Positions 8,357-17,098 of a stretch of 64,000 bases of DNA are shown here, piece by piece. How positions within the stretch are numbered: the stretch's first letter is position 1; each line of letters opens with the position of its first letter. Source of the DNA: an uncultured Planctomycetia bacterium. GTDB lineage: Bacteria > Omnitrophota > Gorgyraeia > Duberdicusellales > 4484-171. The stretch lies in contig CAYQUQ010000001.1 of assembly GCA_964420965.1 (NCBI GenBank), positions 31,544 through 95,543 of the forward strand, in the 5' to 3' direction. The position numbers and the translations under genes were made by a program. Under the pieces are notes generated by a model. That model saw only the letters and a list, made by a program, of their open reading frames with translations. It was not told the origin of the DNA and did not search any database.

Positions 8357-9180
8357 GCCGGGATATCGAAGAATATGATTTGATTTTTCTTGACCTGGAA
8401 ACAACCGGTCTGGATGTCGTAACCGGGGATTCTATCTGCGAAATCGGAGCTTTAAAAGTAAGAAAAAGAGAGGTCATCGATGAATTCCACACTCTGGTTA
8501 ATCCGCAAAAAAGTATGCCCCCGGAAGCTTTCCGGATCCATAAAATATCGGATCAGGATTTAAAGGATGCCCCGGCTTTTGAAAAGATAGCGGATAAGCT
8601 TATTTCGTTTCTTAAGGGCAGCGTAATTTTCGCCTACAATGTTGAGTTTGATATGGGATTTGTGGATCAACATTTAAAAAAAATTAATTATCCGCCTTTG
8701 GATACCCCGGCAGTAGATATCCTTTCTATGGCCCGGGACGCTCTTTATTTGCCGAAATACGATCTGGCGACTACATCCCGGTTTTTTAATATTGAAAGCA
8801 GGGGTAATTTCCACCGGGCTTTAGACGATGCTTATGTCGCTTACCGGATATTTTTCCGGCTGCTGGAGATTTTCAAAGAAAAAAGGCTGAACAGGCTTGC
8901 CGAATTCATTTCCCTTTACGGTTTTAACAACGATATTTTCCGCTCCCAGGAAAACAGTAAAGTAGATTTTTTTAAGGCGGCGATCGATGCGAAAATGAAT
9001 ATAAAAATCAAGTGTTTTTTGCCCAAGGGTGGTGCGGAAGAGAAACAGATCCGGCCCCTCAGGATATTTCAGGAAAACCGGCATTTTTATCTTTTATATC
9101 AGGGTGCGGACAATAATCCTTCCCGGGCGAGGCTAAATCGGATTTTTGATATCGCCGGAACCGGGGAGTTTAGCGATTGA
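8347..9180 (+). CDS. DEDDh 3'-5' exonuclease (DnaQ/epsilon-like) with an uncharacterised approximately 100-aa C-terminal domain
   Basis: Exo I FLDLETTGLD; Exo III HRALDDAYVAYRIF; the C-terminal approximately 100 aa have no motif I recognise. Confidence 0.8.
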   Translation: MDLSRDIEEYDLIFLDLETTGLDVVTGDSICEIGALKVRKREVIDEFHTLVNPQKSMPPEAFRIHKISDQDLKDAPAFEKIADKLISFLKGSVIFAYNVEFDMGFVDQHLKKINYPPLDTPAVDILSMARDALYLPKYDLATTSRFFNIESRGNFHRALDDAYVAYRIFFRLLEIFKEKRLNRLAEFISLYGFNNDIFRSQENSKVDFFKAAIDAKMNIKIKCFLPKGGAEEKQIRPLRIFQENRHFYLLYQGADNNPSRARLNRIFDIAGTGEFSD

Positions 9181-9231
9181 ACAGCCCGGACATGTATGGT
9201 ATTATATTTAACATAATAAAGGGGGTATGAG

Positions 9232-9714
9232 ATGGATGATATATTGGAAATTTTAGAGAGTAATGCCCGGATTTCTTTAGATGAGCTTAAGAAGCTGACC
9301 GGCAAAGATAAAAAAACCATCGAAAAGACCATAAAAGGTTATGAGAAAAAAGGGGTAATCGTAAAATACAAGACTGTGATCAACCGGCAGAAGATTAAGG
9401 GCGAAGCCGGGGTGGTGGCCTTAATCGAGGTCCAGGTTACGCCCCAGAAAGATGTCGGCTTTGATCTGGTCGCCGAGAGGATTTACCGTTTTCCGGAAGT
9501 GAAAAGCTGTTACCTTATTTCCGGAACTTATGATTTACTCTTGATCGTTGAAGGAAAGGATATCCATACGGTAGCCAGCTTTGTTTCCGAGAAGCTGGCT
9601 CCTTTGAGTTCGGTTAAGGGGACTGTCAGCCATTTTATGCTTAAGAAGTATAAGGAAGACGGAGTGGTTTTGGTAAAAAAAGAAGAAGGCCAGAGATTGG
9701 CCATAACCTACTGA
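9232..9714 (+). CDS. Lrp/AsnC family transcriptional regulator
   Basis: N-terminal HTH ILEILESNARISLDELKKLTG plus C-terminal RAM domain; extended -10 TGGTATTAT upstream. Confidence 0.85.
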   Translation: MDDILEILESNARISLDELKKLTGKDKKTIEKTIKGYEKKGVIVKYKTVINRQKIKGEAGVVALIEVQVTPQKDVGFDLVAERIYRFPEVKSCYLISGTYDLLLIVEGKDIHTVASFVSEKLAPLSSVKGTVSHFMLKKYKEDGVVLVKKEEGQRLAITY

Positions 9715-9720
9715 AAAAGA

Positions 9721-10869
9721 ATGATTGCTAAACACGTAAAAAAAGTGCCTCCCTCGGGAATCCGGGAGTTTTTTGATCTGGTCTTGGGCATGCCGGAAGT
9801 AATCTCTTTAGGCGTGGGCGAGCCCGACTTTATTGCTCCCTGGCGGATTAGAGAAAAGGCCATTACCGCCTTGGAGAAGGGTTTGACTTCCTACACCTCC
9901 AATAAAGGGCTTTTTGTGCTGCGTTCCGACATCGCCCGGCACTTTAAAAAGAAATACGCTCTGAGCTATAATCCCGATAGCGAGATACTCATAACAGTGG
10001 GGGTAAGCGAAGCTCTGGATTTATCTCTGCGGGCTATCGTTGACCCCGGCGATAAAGTAATCGTGGTCAGCCCTCACTATGTTGCTTATCCGGCACTGGT
10101 AGAGATTTGCGGGGGCCAGGTACTCTATTTAGCCACCAAAGAGAGGGAAAATTTTAAAATCGACTTAAAGCGGCTGAAAGAACTTTTAAAGAAAAACCCC
10201 AAGGCAATAATTTTTAATAACCCGGTTAACCCCACCGGCGTCCATTATTCGGCGCCGGAACTAAAAGAAATCTGGGAAGCTTTAGCGGCGAAAAAAACTA
10301 TCGTGATCAGCGATGAGGTTTACGATGAGTTGACTTACGCAGAGAAGCATACCCCCTTTTCCGCTTTATCCGGACCGGCCCGCAAGAGGACCATAGTCCT
10401 TAACGGATTCTCCAAAGGCTATGCTATGACCGGCTTTAGAATCGGTTTTGCCTGTGCAGATAAGGAGATAATTTCGGCTATGGCTAAAATTCATTCTTTT
10501 TCCATAATGTGCGCGCCGATTATTGCTCAGGTCGCCGGATCCGAGGCCCTTTTAGCCCAAAGGGAAGTCAATTCCATGCGTGCGCAATATCACCGGAGAA
10601 GAGACTTTGTGGTCAAGGAATTAAATCGACTGGGGTTGGTTACGATAAATCCCAAAGGGGCTTTCTATTGCTTTCCCTCTTTGAAAAATTACAAGATAAG
10701 CTCTTTAGATTTTGCTAAAGGGCTTTTGCTCAAGGAGAAAGTGGCTGTGGTTCCCGGGCGCGCTTTCGGAAAAGAATACGATTCCTACGTAAGAATGTCT
10801 TACGCTAATTCTTTAGACAACTTGAGAGAGGCGGTAGTACGGATCGAGAGATTTTTAAGCCGGTTGTAG
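9721..10869 (+). CDS. PLP-dependent aminotransferase, class I/II (aspartate/aromatic type)
   Basis: 382 aa; LNGFSKGYAMTGFRIGF (PLP-lysine region); VPGRAFG near the C-terminus. Confidence 0.85.
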   Translation: MIAKHVKKVPPSGIREFFDLVLGMPEVISLGVGEPDFIAPWRIREKAITALEKGLTSYTSNKGLFVLRSDIARHFKKKYALSYNPDSEILITVGVSEALDLSLRAIVDPGDKVIVVSPHYVAYPALVEICGGQVLYLATKERENFKIDLKRLKELLKKNPKAIIFNNPVNPTGVHYSAPELKEIWEALAAKKTIVISDEVYDELTYAEKHTPFSALSGPARKRTIVLNGFSKGYAMTGFRIGFACADKEIISAMAKIHSFSIMCAPIIAQVAGSEALLAQREVNSMRAQYHRRRDFVVKELNRLGLVTINPKGAFYCFPSLKNYKISSLDFAKGLLLKEKVAVVPGRAFGKEYDSYVRMSYANSLDNLREAVVRIERFLSRL

Positions 10870-10882
10870 CCACGGTAATTTT

Positions 10883-11173
10883 ATGGCCAGGCTGTCCAAA
10901 ATAAAAACGGATAAAAAGAATATCCGGACTCTGGTGATGAAGCTGGGGAATAAAAACCTGATTGTGCTGCGCGGCCAGAAAGGTTATGTTATGTGCGGGT
11001 ATTTAAGCTTAAAGGCGGCCGGTAAATTCAAGGATGCGGCGGCAGTCATTACCGGGGTTTCTACCCTTAAAGAAGCCCTTAAAGCCAAAGTTTATTCAGC
11101 TACGCTTAAGGCGAAAAGGCTGGGAATACATAAGGGTCAGTGCATAAAAGATGTCCTCAAAATTATCGCTTAA
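10883..11173 (+). CDS. DUF1805 (YunC-like) small protein
   Basis: LIVLRGQKGYVMCGYLSLKAA...ITGVSTLKEAL resembles YunC/DUF1805. Confidence 0.55.
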   Translation: MARLSKIKTDKKNIRTLVMKLGNKNLIVLRGQKGYVMCGYLSLKAAGKFKDAAAVITGVSTLKEALKAKVYSATLKAKRLGIHKGQCIKDVLKIIA

Positions 11174-13514
11174 GTTAATAGCCGGACTGGTTGTTTTGTT
11201 TTCTTTTGGCGTGACAGAAGCCTCCGGCAGCAACCCTTCCGCAGAATCTCTAAGTTCATTCACTGCGCGTTACCACGATTTGACCCTCCGGCTTGAAGAA
11301 GCCGTCGCGGCCGATCCCGATAACCTCGATTTAAGAATAAAGCTGTCCGGATTTTACTGTGATTTCCGGGATTATGAAAAGGCGATCGCCATCCTTAAAA
11401 ATATTGACTCCCGGGAAGCCAAAGTGGTACTGGCTAAGGCTTATGCTAAGCTTAAAGAGCATGATTATGCCATCGAAATCTTTGAGCAGCTTAAACCCCT
11501 TCCCGAGGATCCCGAATATCTTTATCTTTACGGCACGGTTTTAGAGGAGAAGAATTTATTCCCTAAGGCCATCAAAATTTACGCCCGGGTCGGCCCTCCG
11601 TTCGAGCTTAAAGCTAAAGAAAGAGTAAAAAGTATCCGGTTTAAGGTGGAGAAGGAAATTCCCGAAGCGATAGCAAAGATTTCCCGGAAAGCAAAAAGTT
11701 TTCTCAAAAGTATTAAAGATGACGCCGCGGTCTACCTGCTCGTTGACGAAGATATGGAAGTCCGGACCGACAACACCTCTTTGTCTACAGTGCATATTAT
11801 CGAGAAAGTTTTGAAGGAAAGGGGAAAAGAGCTGGCGGAGGTGGAGATTGGCTATGACTCTACTTATCAGCGGATAGAGCTGGAATTCGCCCGTACCATT
11901 ACCAAAGACGGTAAAGTAATTTATGCCGGGAAAGAAAACATTCGGGATATCGGCCGTTATCTTAATTATCCCCTCTACAGTAACTCCCGGGCCTTTATAG
12001 TTTCCATGCCTTCCGTGGATGTCGGTTCTTTCATCGAGTATAAAATAAAAATTTATTCCTCAAAACTGATCAATGAGGACGATTTCACTTTTATTTACCG
12101 CTTGCGGGAAAAATACCCGATATTCCGGGCTGCTTTTCGCCTGATCGTTCCCAAGAAAAGAAAGGTTAATTTTAAATTCTTCAATCCCGATTACGCTAAG
12201 GGTATAAAGCTTAAGCCTTCGGCGAAGATAAAGGGGGATAAACGGATATATTCCTGGAGTTTTAAGAAAATAGACCCGATAGTTCCTGAGTACGCCATGC
12301 CGCCCGTCTCCTTCGTTAACCCGGCAGTGTTGGTTTCCAGTTTTTCGACCTGGGAAGAGATTTATAAGTGGTGGCATTCTCTGTACCGGGATAAAATCGA
12401 GGCTACCGCAGAAATAAAAAGCTTTACCCAAAAACTTATCGCCGGTAAATCCAGCGAACGGGATAAAGCCAAAGCCATCCATGAATTCGTCGCCAAGAAT
12501 ATCCGCTATGTGGCCATCGAATACGGGGACAGCGGCTACGAGCCCCATCGGGCCGAAGAGGTATTCATCAACCGCTACGGCGATTGCAAGGACCAGGCGA
12601 TCTTACTGGTAAGCATGCTGCGGGCGGCCGGATTAAAAGCCTATCCGGTGCTCATCCCGACCCGTAAAGCCTATCCGATCGCCGAAGATTTTCCTTCTTC
12701 TAATTTTAACCACGCTATCTGCGCCGTGGAACTGGGAAAAGAGCTGATTTTCATGGATCCGACTGCCGAAGCCACTCCTTTTGCCCAGATTCCCCTTTCC
12801 GATCAGAAAAGGAAGGTGTTGGTATTTTTTGACGAAACCTACAAAATACTTACCGTCCCTCAGATAAAGGAAAATACAGTGCGCTACGTCATGGATATCG
12901 ACATCAACAGGGACGAGAATGCTACGGTTACAAGAAAGGTATATACACAAGGATTCTTTGCTTCCTCTTACCGCTGGTATTTAAAATATACCCATCCGGC
13001 TATAATCGAAGAGGACATCCGTAAAAAAATGGTCGCGCTTTCCTCGCTTTCCCGCCTTTTAGATTACGTAATAAAGGATGTCGATGATTTTGATTCTCCG
13101 CCTTCACTGGTTTATAAATTCAAGGCCGATAAATTTCTTAATCCGGCCGGTGAATTAAGAATTATCCCGGCTTTAGACGAGGTCTCTTTAAATCATGAGA
13201 TAATCAGTAAGGAGAAAAGAGATTTCCCCGTCGATTTTGAAGGGTTTTACACCAAGCAGGCGGTCATAAAGATCAATCTTCCCGGAAACTTAAAAGTTAA
13301 ATATTTACCGGACGACTTAGGTTTAGAAAATCCCTGGTTTAAGCTTTCTGCATCCTACCAGAAGCTGCCCGGGGCCATTGATTTCCGCCAGGAGCTGACG
13401 GTTAAGAAGAAATTGGTAGCCCAAAAAAATTATCCGGAATTTAAGCGTTATTTCGAGGATGCGCTTTACCGCTTAAAAGAGCAGATTATTTTAAAGAGAA
13501 ACAAACCCCGTTAG
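11151..13514 (+). CDS. Secreted TPR plus DUF3857-like plus transglutaminase-like cysteine-protease-fold protein
   Basis: Signal peptide; N-terminal TPR helices; transglutaminase core YGDCKDQAILLVSMLRAAGLKAYPVLI ... NHAICAVELGKELIFMDPT; 787 aa. Confidence 0.8.
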   Translation: MSSKLSLKLIAGLVVLFSFGVTEASGSNPSAESLSSFTARYHDLTLRLEEAVAADPDNLDLRIKLSGFYCDFRDYEKAIAILKNIDSREAKVVLAKAYAKLKEHDYAIEIFEQLKPLPEDPEYLYLYGTVLEEKNLFPKAIKIYARVGPPFELKAKERVKSIRFKVEKEIPEAIAKISRKAKSFLKSIKDDAAVYLLVDEDMEVRTDNTSLSTVHIIEKVLKERGKELAEVEIGYDSTYQRIELEFARTITKDGKVIYAGKENIRDIGRYLNYPLYSNSRAFIVSMPSVDVGSFIEYKIKIYSSKLINEDDFTFIYRLREKYPIFRAAFRLIVPKKRKVNFKFFNPDYAKGIKLKPSAKIKGDKRIYSWSFKKIDPIVPEYAMPPVSFVNPAVLVSSFSTWEEIYKWWHSLYRDKIEATAEIKSFTQKLIAGKSSERDKAKAIHEFVAKNIRYVAIEYGDSGYEPHRAEEVFINRYGDCKDQAILLVSMLRAAGLKAYPVLIPTRKAYPIAEDFPSSNFNHAICAVELGKELIFMDPTAEATPFAQIPLSDQKRKVLVFFDETYKILTVPQIKENTVRYVMDIDINRDENATVTRKVYTQGFFASSYRWYLKYTHPAIIEEDIRKKMVALSSLSRLLDYVIKDVDDFDSPPSLVYKFKADKFLNPAGELRIIPALDEVSLNHEIISKEKRDFPVDFEGFYTKQAVIKINLPGNLKVKYLPDDLGLENPWFKLSASYQKLPGAIDFRQELTVKKKLVAQKNYPEFKRYFEDALYRLKEQIILKRNKPR

Positions 13515-13536
13515 AGAACGAAGTTCTCTAACGGGG
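13506..13536. repeat. CCCCGTTAGA...TCTAACGGGG hairpin repeat, copy 2 (overlaps the stop codon of the transglutaminase-like gene)
   Basis: ccccgttagagaacgaagttctctaacgggg. Confidence 0.85.
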
Positions 13537-13545
13537 TAAATAGCC

Positions 13546-13905
13546 ATGGTTCGGAAAGATTTCGAGATTAAATTTTACGAGGATATTTTAAAAAAACACC
13601 CCGATTTTGTTAATGTGCTTATATCTCTCGGCGATACTTATACCCGTAAAGGGCTCCATCAGGAAGGTCTAGCCGTAGACAAAAAATTAGTCAGTTTAAA
13701 GCCGGATGACCCGATCGTACACTATAATCTGGCCTGTAGCCTTTCTTTAACCGGCCAGGTTAAAGAAGCTTTGTCAGAGCTGAAAAGGGCGGTTTTGCTC
13801 GGCTATGACGACTCCTCGCATATCTTAAGAGACCCCGATTTAGAAAACCTGCGTAAGAGCCCTGAGTTTAAGTCTTTTTACCAAAAGTTAAAAAGGCTTA
13901 AATGA
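13546..13905 (+). CDS. Small TPR-repeat protein
   Basis: TPR-like helices (DTYTRKGLHQEGLAVDKKLVSLKPDDPIVHYNLACSL..GQVKEALSELKRAVLLGYDD). Confidence 0.6.
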   Translation: MVRKDFEIKFYEDILKKHPDFVNVLISLGDTYTRKGLHQEGLAVDKKLVSLKPDDPIVHYNLACSLSLTGQVKEALSELKRAVLLGYDDSSHILRDPDLENLRKSPEFKSFYQKLKRLK

Positions 13906-14810
13906 GCGGCAGGACGAAATTTAAATCCGGTTTTGTAGCCCTTTTAGGCCGGCCCAACGCCGGAAAGTCAACTCTGCTTAACGCCCTGGTGGGGAATAAG
14001 GTCAGTATTATCTCCCCGATTCCTCAGACCACCCGCCATCAAATAAAGGGGATCCTCAACTTAAAACAGGCGCAATTAGTCTTCGTGGATACTCCCGGAA
14101 TGCACTCCTTTAAGGATAAGCTGGCCGAGCACTTAAATACCATTGCTAAGAAATCGCTAAAGGGATGTGATCTGATCATCTATGTCGTGGATGTTTCCCG
14201 GCGGATCGGAAAGGAGGAGGAAAGGCTGCTTTCGCTCCTGGCCGGGCAGAATATTAAGACGATAATGGTTTTAAATAAGATTGACTTAGGTCTAAACTTT
14301 TTCAATGATTACGTTGCTTTCTGGCGAAAAAAGGCTAAAGAAAAAGATCCGCTTTTATGTTATATGCCCCTTTCGGCTAAAACCGGTAAAAATGTTGATC
14401 GGTTAAGGGAGGTTCTAACCGATAATTTACCCCCGGGGGAACCCTATTACGATAAGGGTACGCTTACCGATTTCCCCCTTAAGTTTCGGGTCGCCGACAT
14501 CATCCGGGAAAAGCTGTTTTTAGAGTTAAAAAAGGAATTGCCCCATTCTCTGGCCGTCGAAGTTGAAGAGATCGCGGATAAGGGAAAAAAGATTTACATC
14601 AAAGCCAATATTTATGTAAAGAGCAACTCCCAGAAGAGAATTGTGGTGGGCAAAGGCGGCGGGCTGCTTAAAAGAACCGGCAGTACTTCCCGTCCCGAAA
14701 TCGAGCGGATTTATCGGAAGAAAGTTTTTTTAGATATCTGGGTTAAAGTGCTAAAGGACTGGCAAAGCCGCCCCCGGATCCTTAAAGAATTAGGGTACTG
14801 GTGGGAATAG
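13902..14810 (+). CDS. era: GTPase Era
   Basis: G1 GRPNAGKST; G3 DTPG; G4 NKID; C-terminal KH domain; 302 aa. Confidence 0.93.
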   Translation: MSGRTKFKSGFVALLGRPNAGKSTLLNALVGNKVSIISPIPQTTRHQIKGILNLKQAQLVFVDTPGMHSFKDKLAEHLNTIAKKSLKGCDLIIYVVDVSRRIGKEEERLLSLLAGQNIKTIMVLNKIDLGLNFFNDYVAFWRKKAKEKDPLLCYMPLSAKTGKNVDRLREVLTDNLPPGEPYYDKGTLTDFPLKFRVADIIREKLFLELKKELPHSLAVEVEEIADKGKKIYIKANIYVKSNSQKRIVVGKGGGLLKRTGSTSRPEIERIYRKKVFLDIWVKVLKDWQSRPRILKELGYWWE

Positions 14811-14830
14811 GTTTGTTAAAGGCTATAATT

Positions 14831-15073
14831 TTATGTTGCAATGCGTAATGCAAAATAGGGAACAACATTAAAAACGAATACAACTATTTTAAAGAAAGCT
14901 ATGCCCGCATAATGAATTGCATCGAACGTTTCTACCGGAATTTTGAACCACTTGCTATGCATACGATAAACCCAGTCATGGGCAAACAGGATAATAAAAA
15001 ACCACCACAGTAATAAGCCCATATTAATTACAGCGCACCATCCCAGTACTCCCCGCAATATGTCAACTGTCAT
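14831..15073 (-). CDS. Small hypothetical membrane protein (2-3 TM helices)
   Basis: 80-aa ORF with hydrophobic helices; RBS AAAAGGAGG 7 nt upstream; preceded by a conserved leader (see findings). Confidence 0.45.
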   Translation of the reverse strand: MTVDILRGVLGWCAVINMGLLLWWFFIILFAHDWVYRMHSKWFKIPVETFDAIHYAGIAFFKIVVFVFNVVPYFALRIAT

Positions 15074-15099
15074 TTGCCACCTCCTTTTTTTGTAAATAT

Positions 15100-15240
15100 C
15101 TCACCTAACACAAAAATCAGCCCCGTTGTAGCTTACAGTTGCCTTCGGTAACTTATCTCTAACGGGGTAAACGGCCTGAGCCCAAGTAATGGAAGGGTCA
15201 GGTGCTTGCCCCGTTAGACCGAAGGTCTAATGGGGGATTG
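15100..15240 (-). promoter_or_regulatory. Structured leader / composite repeat region upstream of the small membrane ORF: degenerate CCCCGTTAGA-family hairpins with UUCG/GAAG tetraloops plus boxes shared with the P2 leader
   Basis: Coding-strand ccccattagacc-ttcg-ggtctaacgggg; gttacc-gaag-gcaac; boxes CACCTGACCCTTCC and GATTTTTGTGTTAGGTGA. Confidence 0.55.
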
Positions 15241-15291
15241 ATTTGTTATAGGTTTATTAGATTATCAATATCTTTTCCAAATTCATTCTGT

Positions 15292-16911
15292 CTACTCATT
15301 TTTCTTAACAAAAACTGCAATAGTACCTGCTACGAAAATTACAAGACCGGCAACAATCCATAGATTTGATACAAGTACTCCATAGTAAGTTACTACGATC
15401 CCAACTATCATAAAGACTATTCCTACGATCCCCTTTGCTATATGCCAAATTTTCTTATTCGAATTTAAATAAAGCTTCTTTCTTTTTATCAAACACCTAA
15501 TTGCAAACCCGACAGTAATCAGTGAAGAAATCAGTAAAAATAATAGTACACCCCCCCATTTTTTTATGAGAAAGAGTTCCCTTAAATCAGAATCGATAAA
15601 TGAAACTGCCATATGATTTCCTATACTGAGATAAAATCTTTTTAATTGCCAATAAAGCCCTTTCGCTTCGCGGTATCTTCCAGTGTCACCATAAAGGTCT
15701 GCTAAATCTTCGTACCGCCAAACGTCATCTGCATTGGCAACGTTAGGCTCTATTTGAATGGATTTCTCGTAATAAGATATTGATTTGTCAGGATCTCGCC
15801 AGCGGTAAATTGCACCAATTCTTGCGTATGGTACATGGTGTTCCGGGTTTATCTCGATTGCTTTTTGGTATAGTTCAACTGACTTTTGATAATCCCTTAT
15901 ACCTCCATACGCCTTAGCAAGCAGCATATAGAGATCAAAAGAATCAGGTTTTAACTCTAAGGCTTTCTCGAAATAAGTAATCGCTTCACGGTATTGATCT
16001 TCCGAGGGCACATAATCTCCCTGAAGCGCTTTCTCCCCCTGCATCCGATAATAATCTGCTTTTGTCGATTCATCAATACCCCCAAAAGCTAATTTACGAT
16101 ATTTTTCTAAAACTGGCTTGATATGATTGATTGCTAAGGCAAAATTAATGTTTTGACCTTCTCTATATTGCCAGGTGACTAAGCCGATAACCTCTCCTTT
16201 GGAATTGATGAGAGGGCCGCCGCTATTCCCTGGAGATACGGGAGCGGTCAATTGAAGCCAACGTAAATCCTGATCATGCCGAACACCCGATAATACTCCA
16301 TCACTAAAGGAATATTCCAATCCTAATGATGCTCCTATGCAATAAACAGCTTCTCCGGTTTCTACTGTATCAGAATTACCCAGATTAACGACGGGGAGAC
16401 GATCGGCAGTAATTTTTAGAATCGTCATGTCATATTTAGGGTCTGTATATACTACGCTTTCTATAGGAAATGTTGATTCGTCCTTCAGCACAACCACGAG
16501 TCTCTCCCGATCAAATTGATGGCCAACTACATGATGATTAGTAATAATCAAACCTTTACTATCTACAATAAATCCACTTCCGATATTTTCTCTTCTTTCA
16601 CTCCCATACTCTTTTTTAGAGAAATATACAACAGCCGGGCTTACATCTGCAAAGATGTCTCGAGATGATTTTATTGAAGATGTTCTAGATGAAAATTTAT
16701 TTTGTTCCTCGTTGACTGCCTCACCAATAATCTTCTCGATATCTTCCCGATAATAGGTCATCGGCACACCGTAAACATCTATTTTTATATAATCCTCAGC
16801 TCTTTCGATTATTTCTGCCTCTATGGTTCTGCCGGATTTGAGAATAATTATTTCGGCAAATAGAGGCGATGTTAACACTAGAGATAGCAAGGCAATAATT
16901 AATTTTTTCAT
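15292..16911 (-). CDS. Secreted trypsin-like serine protease (S1C/DegP-type core) plus TPR repeats plus C-terminal transmembrane segment; paralogue P1 of the N-module family
   Basis: Signal peptide then ETIILKSG-type N-module; protease motifs TNHHVV, DMTILK, GNSGGPLIN; TPR block; 2 C-terminal TM helices; RBS AAGGAG. Confidence 0.85.
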   Translation of the reverse strand: MKKLIIALLSLVLTSPLFAEIIILKSGRTIEAEIIERAEDYIKIDVYGVPMTYYREDIEKIIGEAVNEEQNKFSSRTSSIKSSRDIFADVSPAVVYFSKKEYGSERRENIGSGFIVDSKGLIITNHHVVGHQFDRERLVVVLKDESTFPIESVVYTDPKYDMTILKITADRLPVVNLGNSDTVETGEAVYCIGASLGLEYSFSDGVLSGVRHDQDLRWLQLTAPVSPGNSGGPLINSKGEVIGLVTWQYREGQNINFALAINHIKPVLEKYRKLAFGGIDESTKADYYRMQGEKALQGDYVPSEDQYREAITYFEKALELKPDSFDLYMLLAKAYGGIRDYQKSVELYQKAIEINPEHHVPYARIGAIYRWRDPDKSISYYEKSIQIEPNVANADDVWRYEDLADLYGDTGRYREAKGLYWQLKRFYLSIGNHMAVSFIDSDLRELFLIKKWGGVLLFLLISSLITVGFAIRCLIKRKKLYLNSNKKIWHIAKGIVGIVFMIVGIVVTYYGVLVSNLWIVAGLVIFVAGTIAVFVKKNE

Positions 16912-17033
16912 GGCGCTCCTTTTATGTTTTATTTTTTCCTATAGTAATTAACATGCGGATTCCCTGTTTTTTAGCTAAGCACGGGATACCGAAGATAGTA
17001 TAGCATTTTCTTGCCAATTTTTGAAAGAATTTT

Positions 17034-17090
17034 AGCTTAAGATTAACCGATAAAGTATTGTTTGAAATCAGGGTGAATATCGAATAGAAT
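17034..17090 (+). promoter_or_regulatory. Conserved promoter module GCTTAAGATTAACCGATAAAGTATTGTTTGAAA-N17-TAGAAT upstream of the nitroreductase gene
   Basis: TTGAAA (17062-17067), 17-nt spacer, TAGAAT (17085-17090); the upstream 28 nt are near-identical to 48257-48289. Confidence 0.6.
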
Positions 17091-17098
17091 TATACGGT

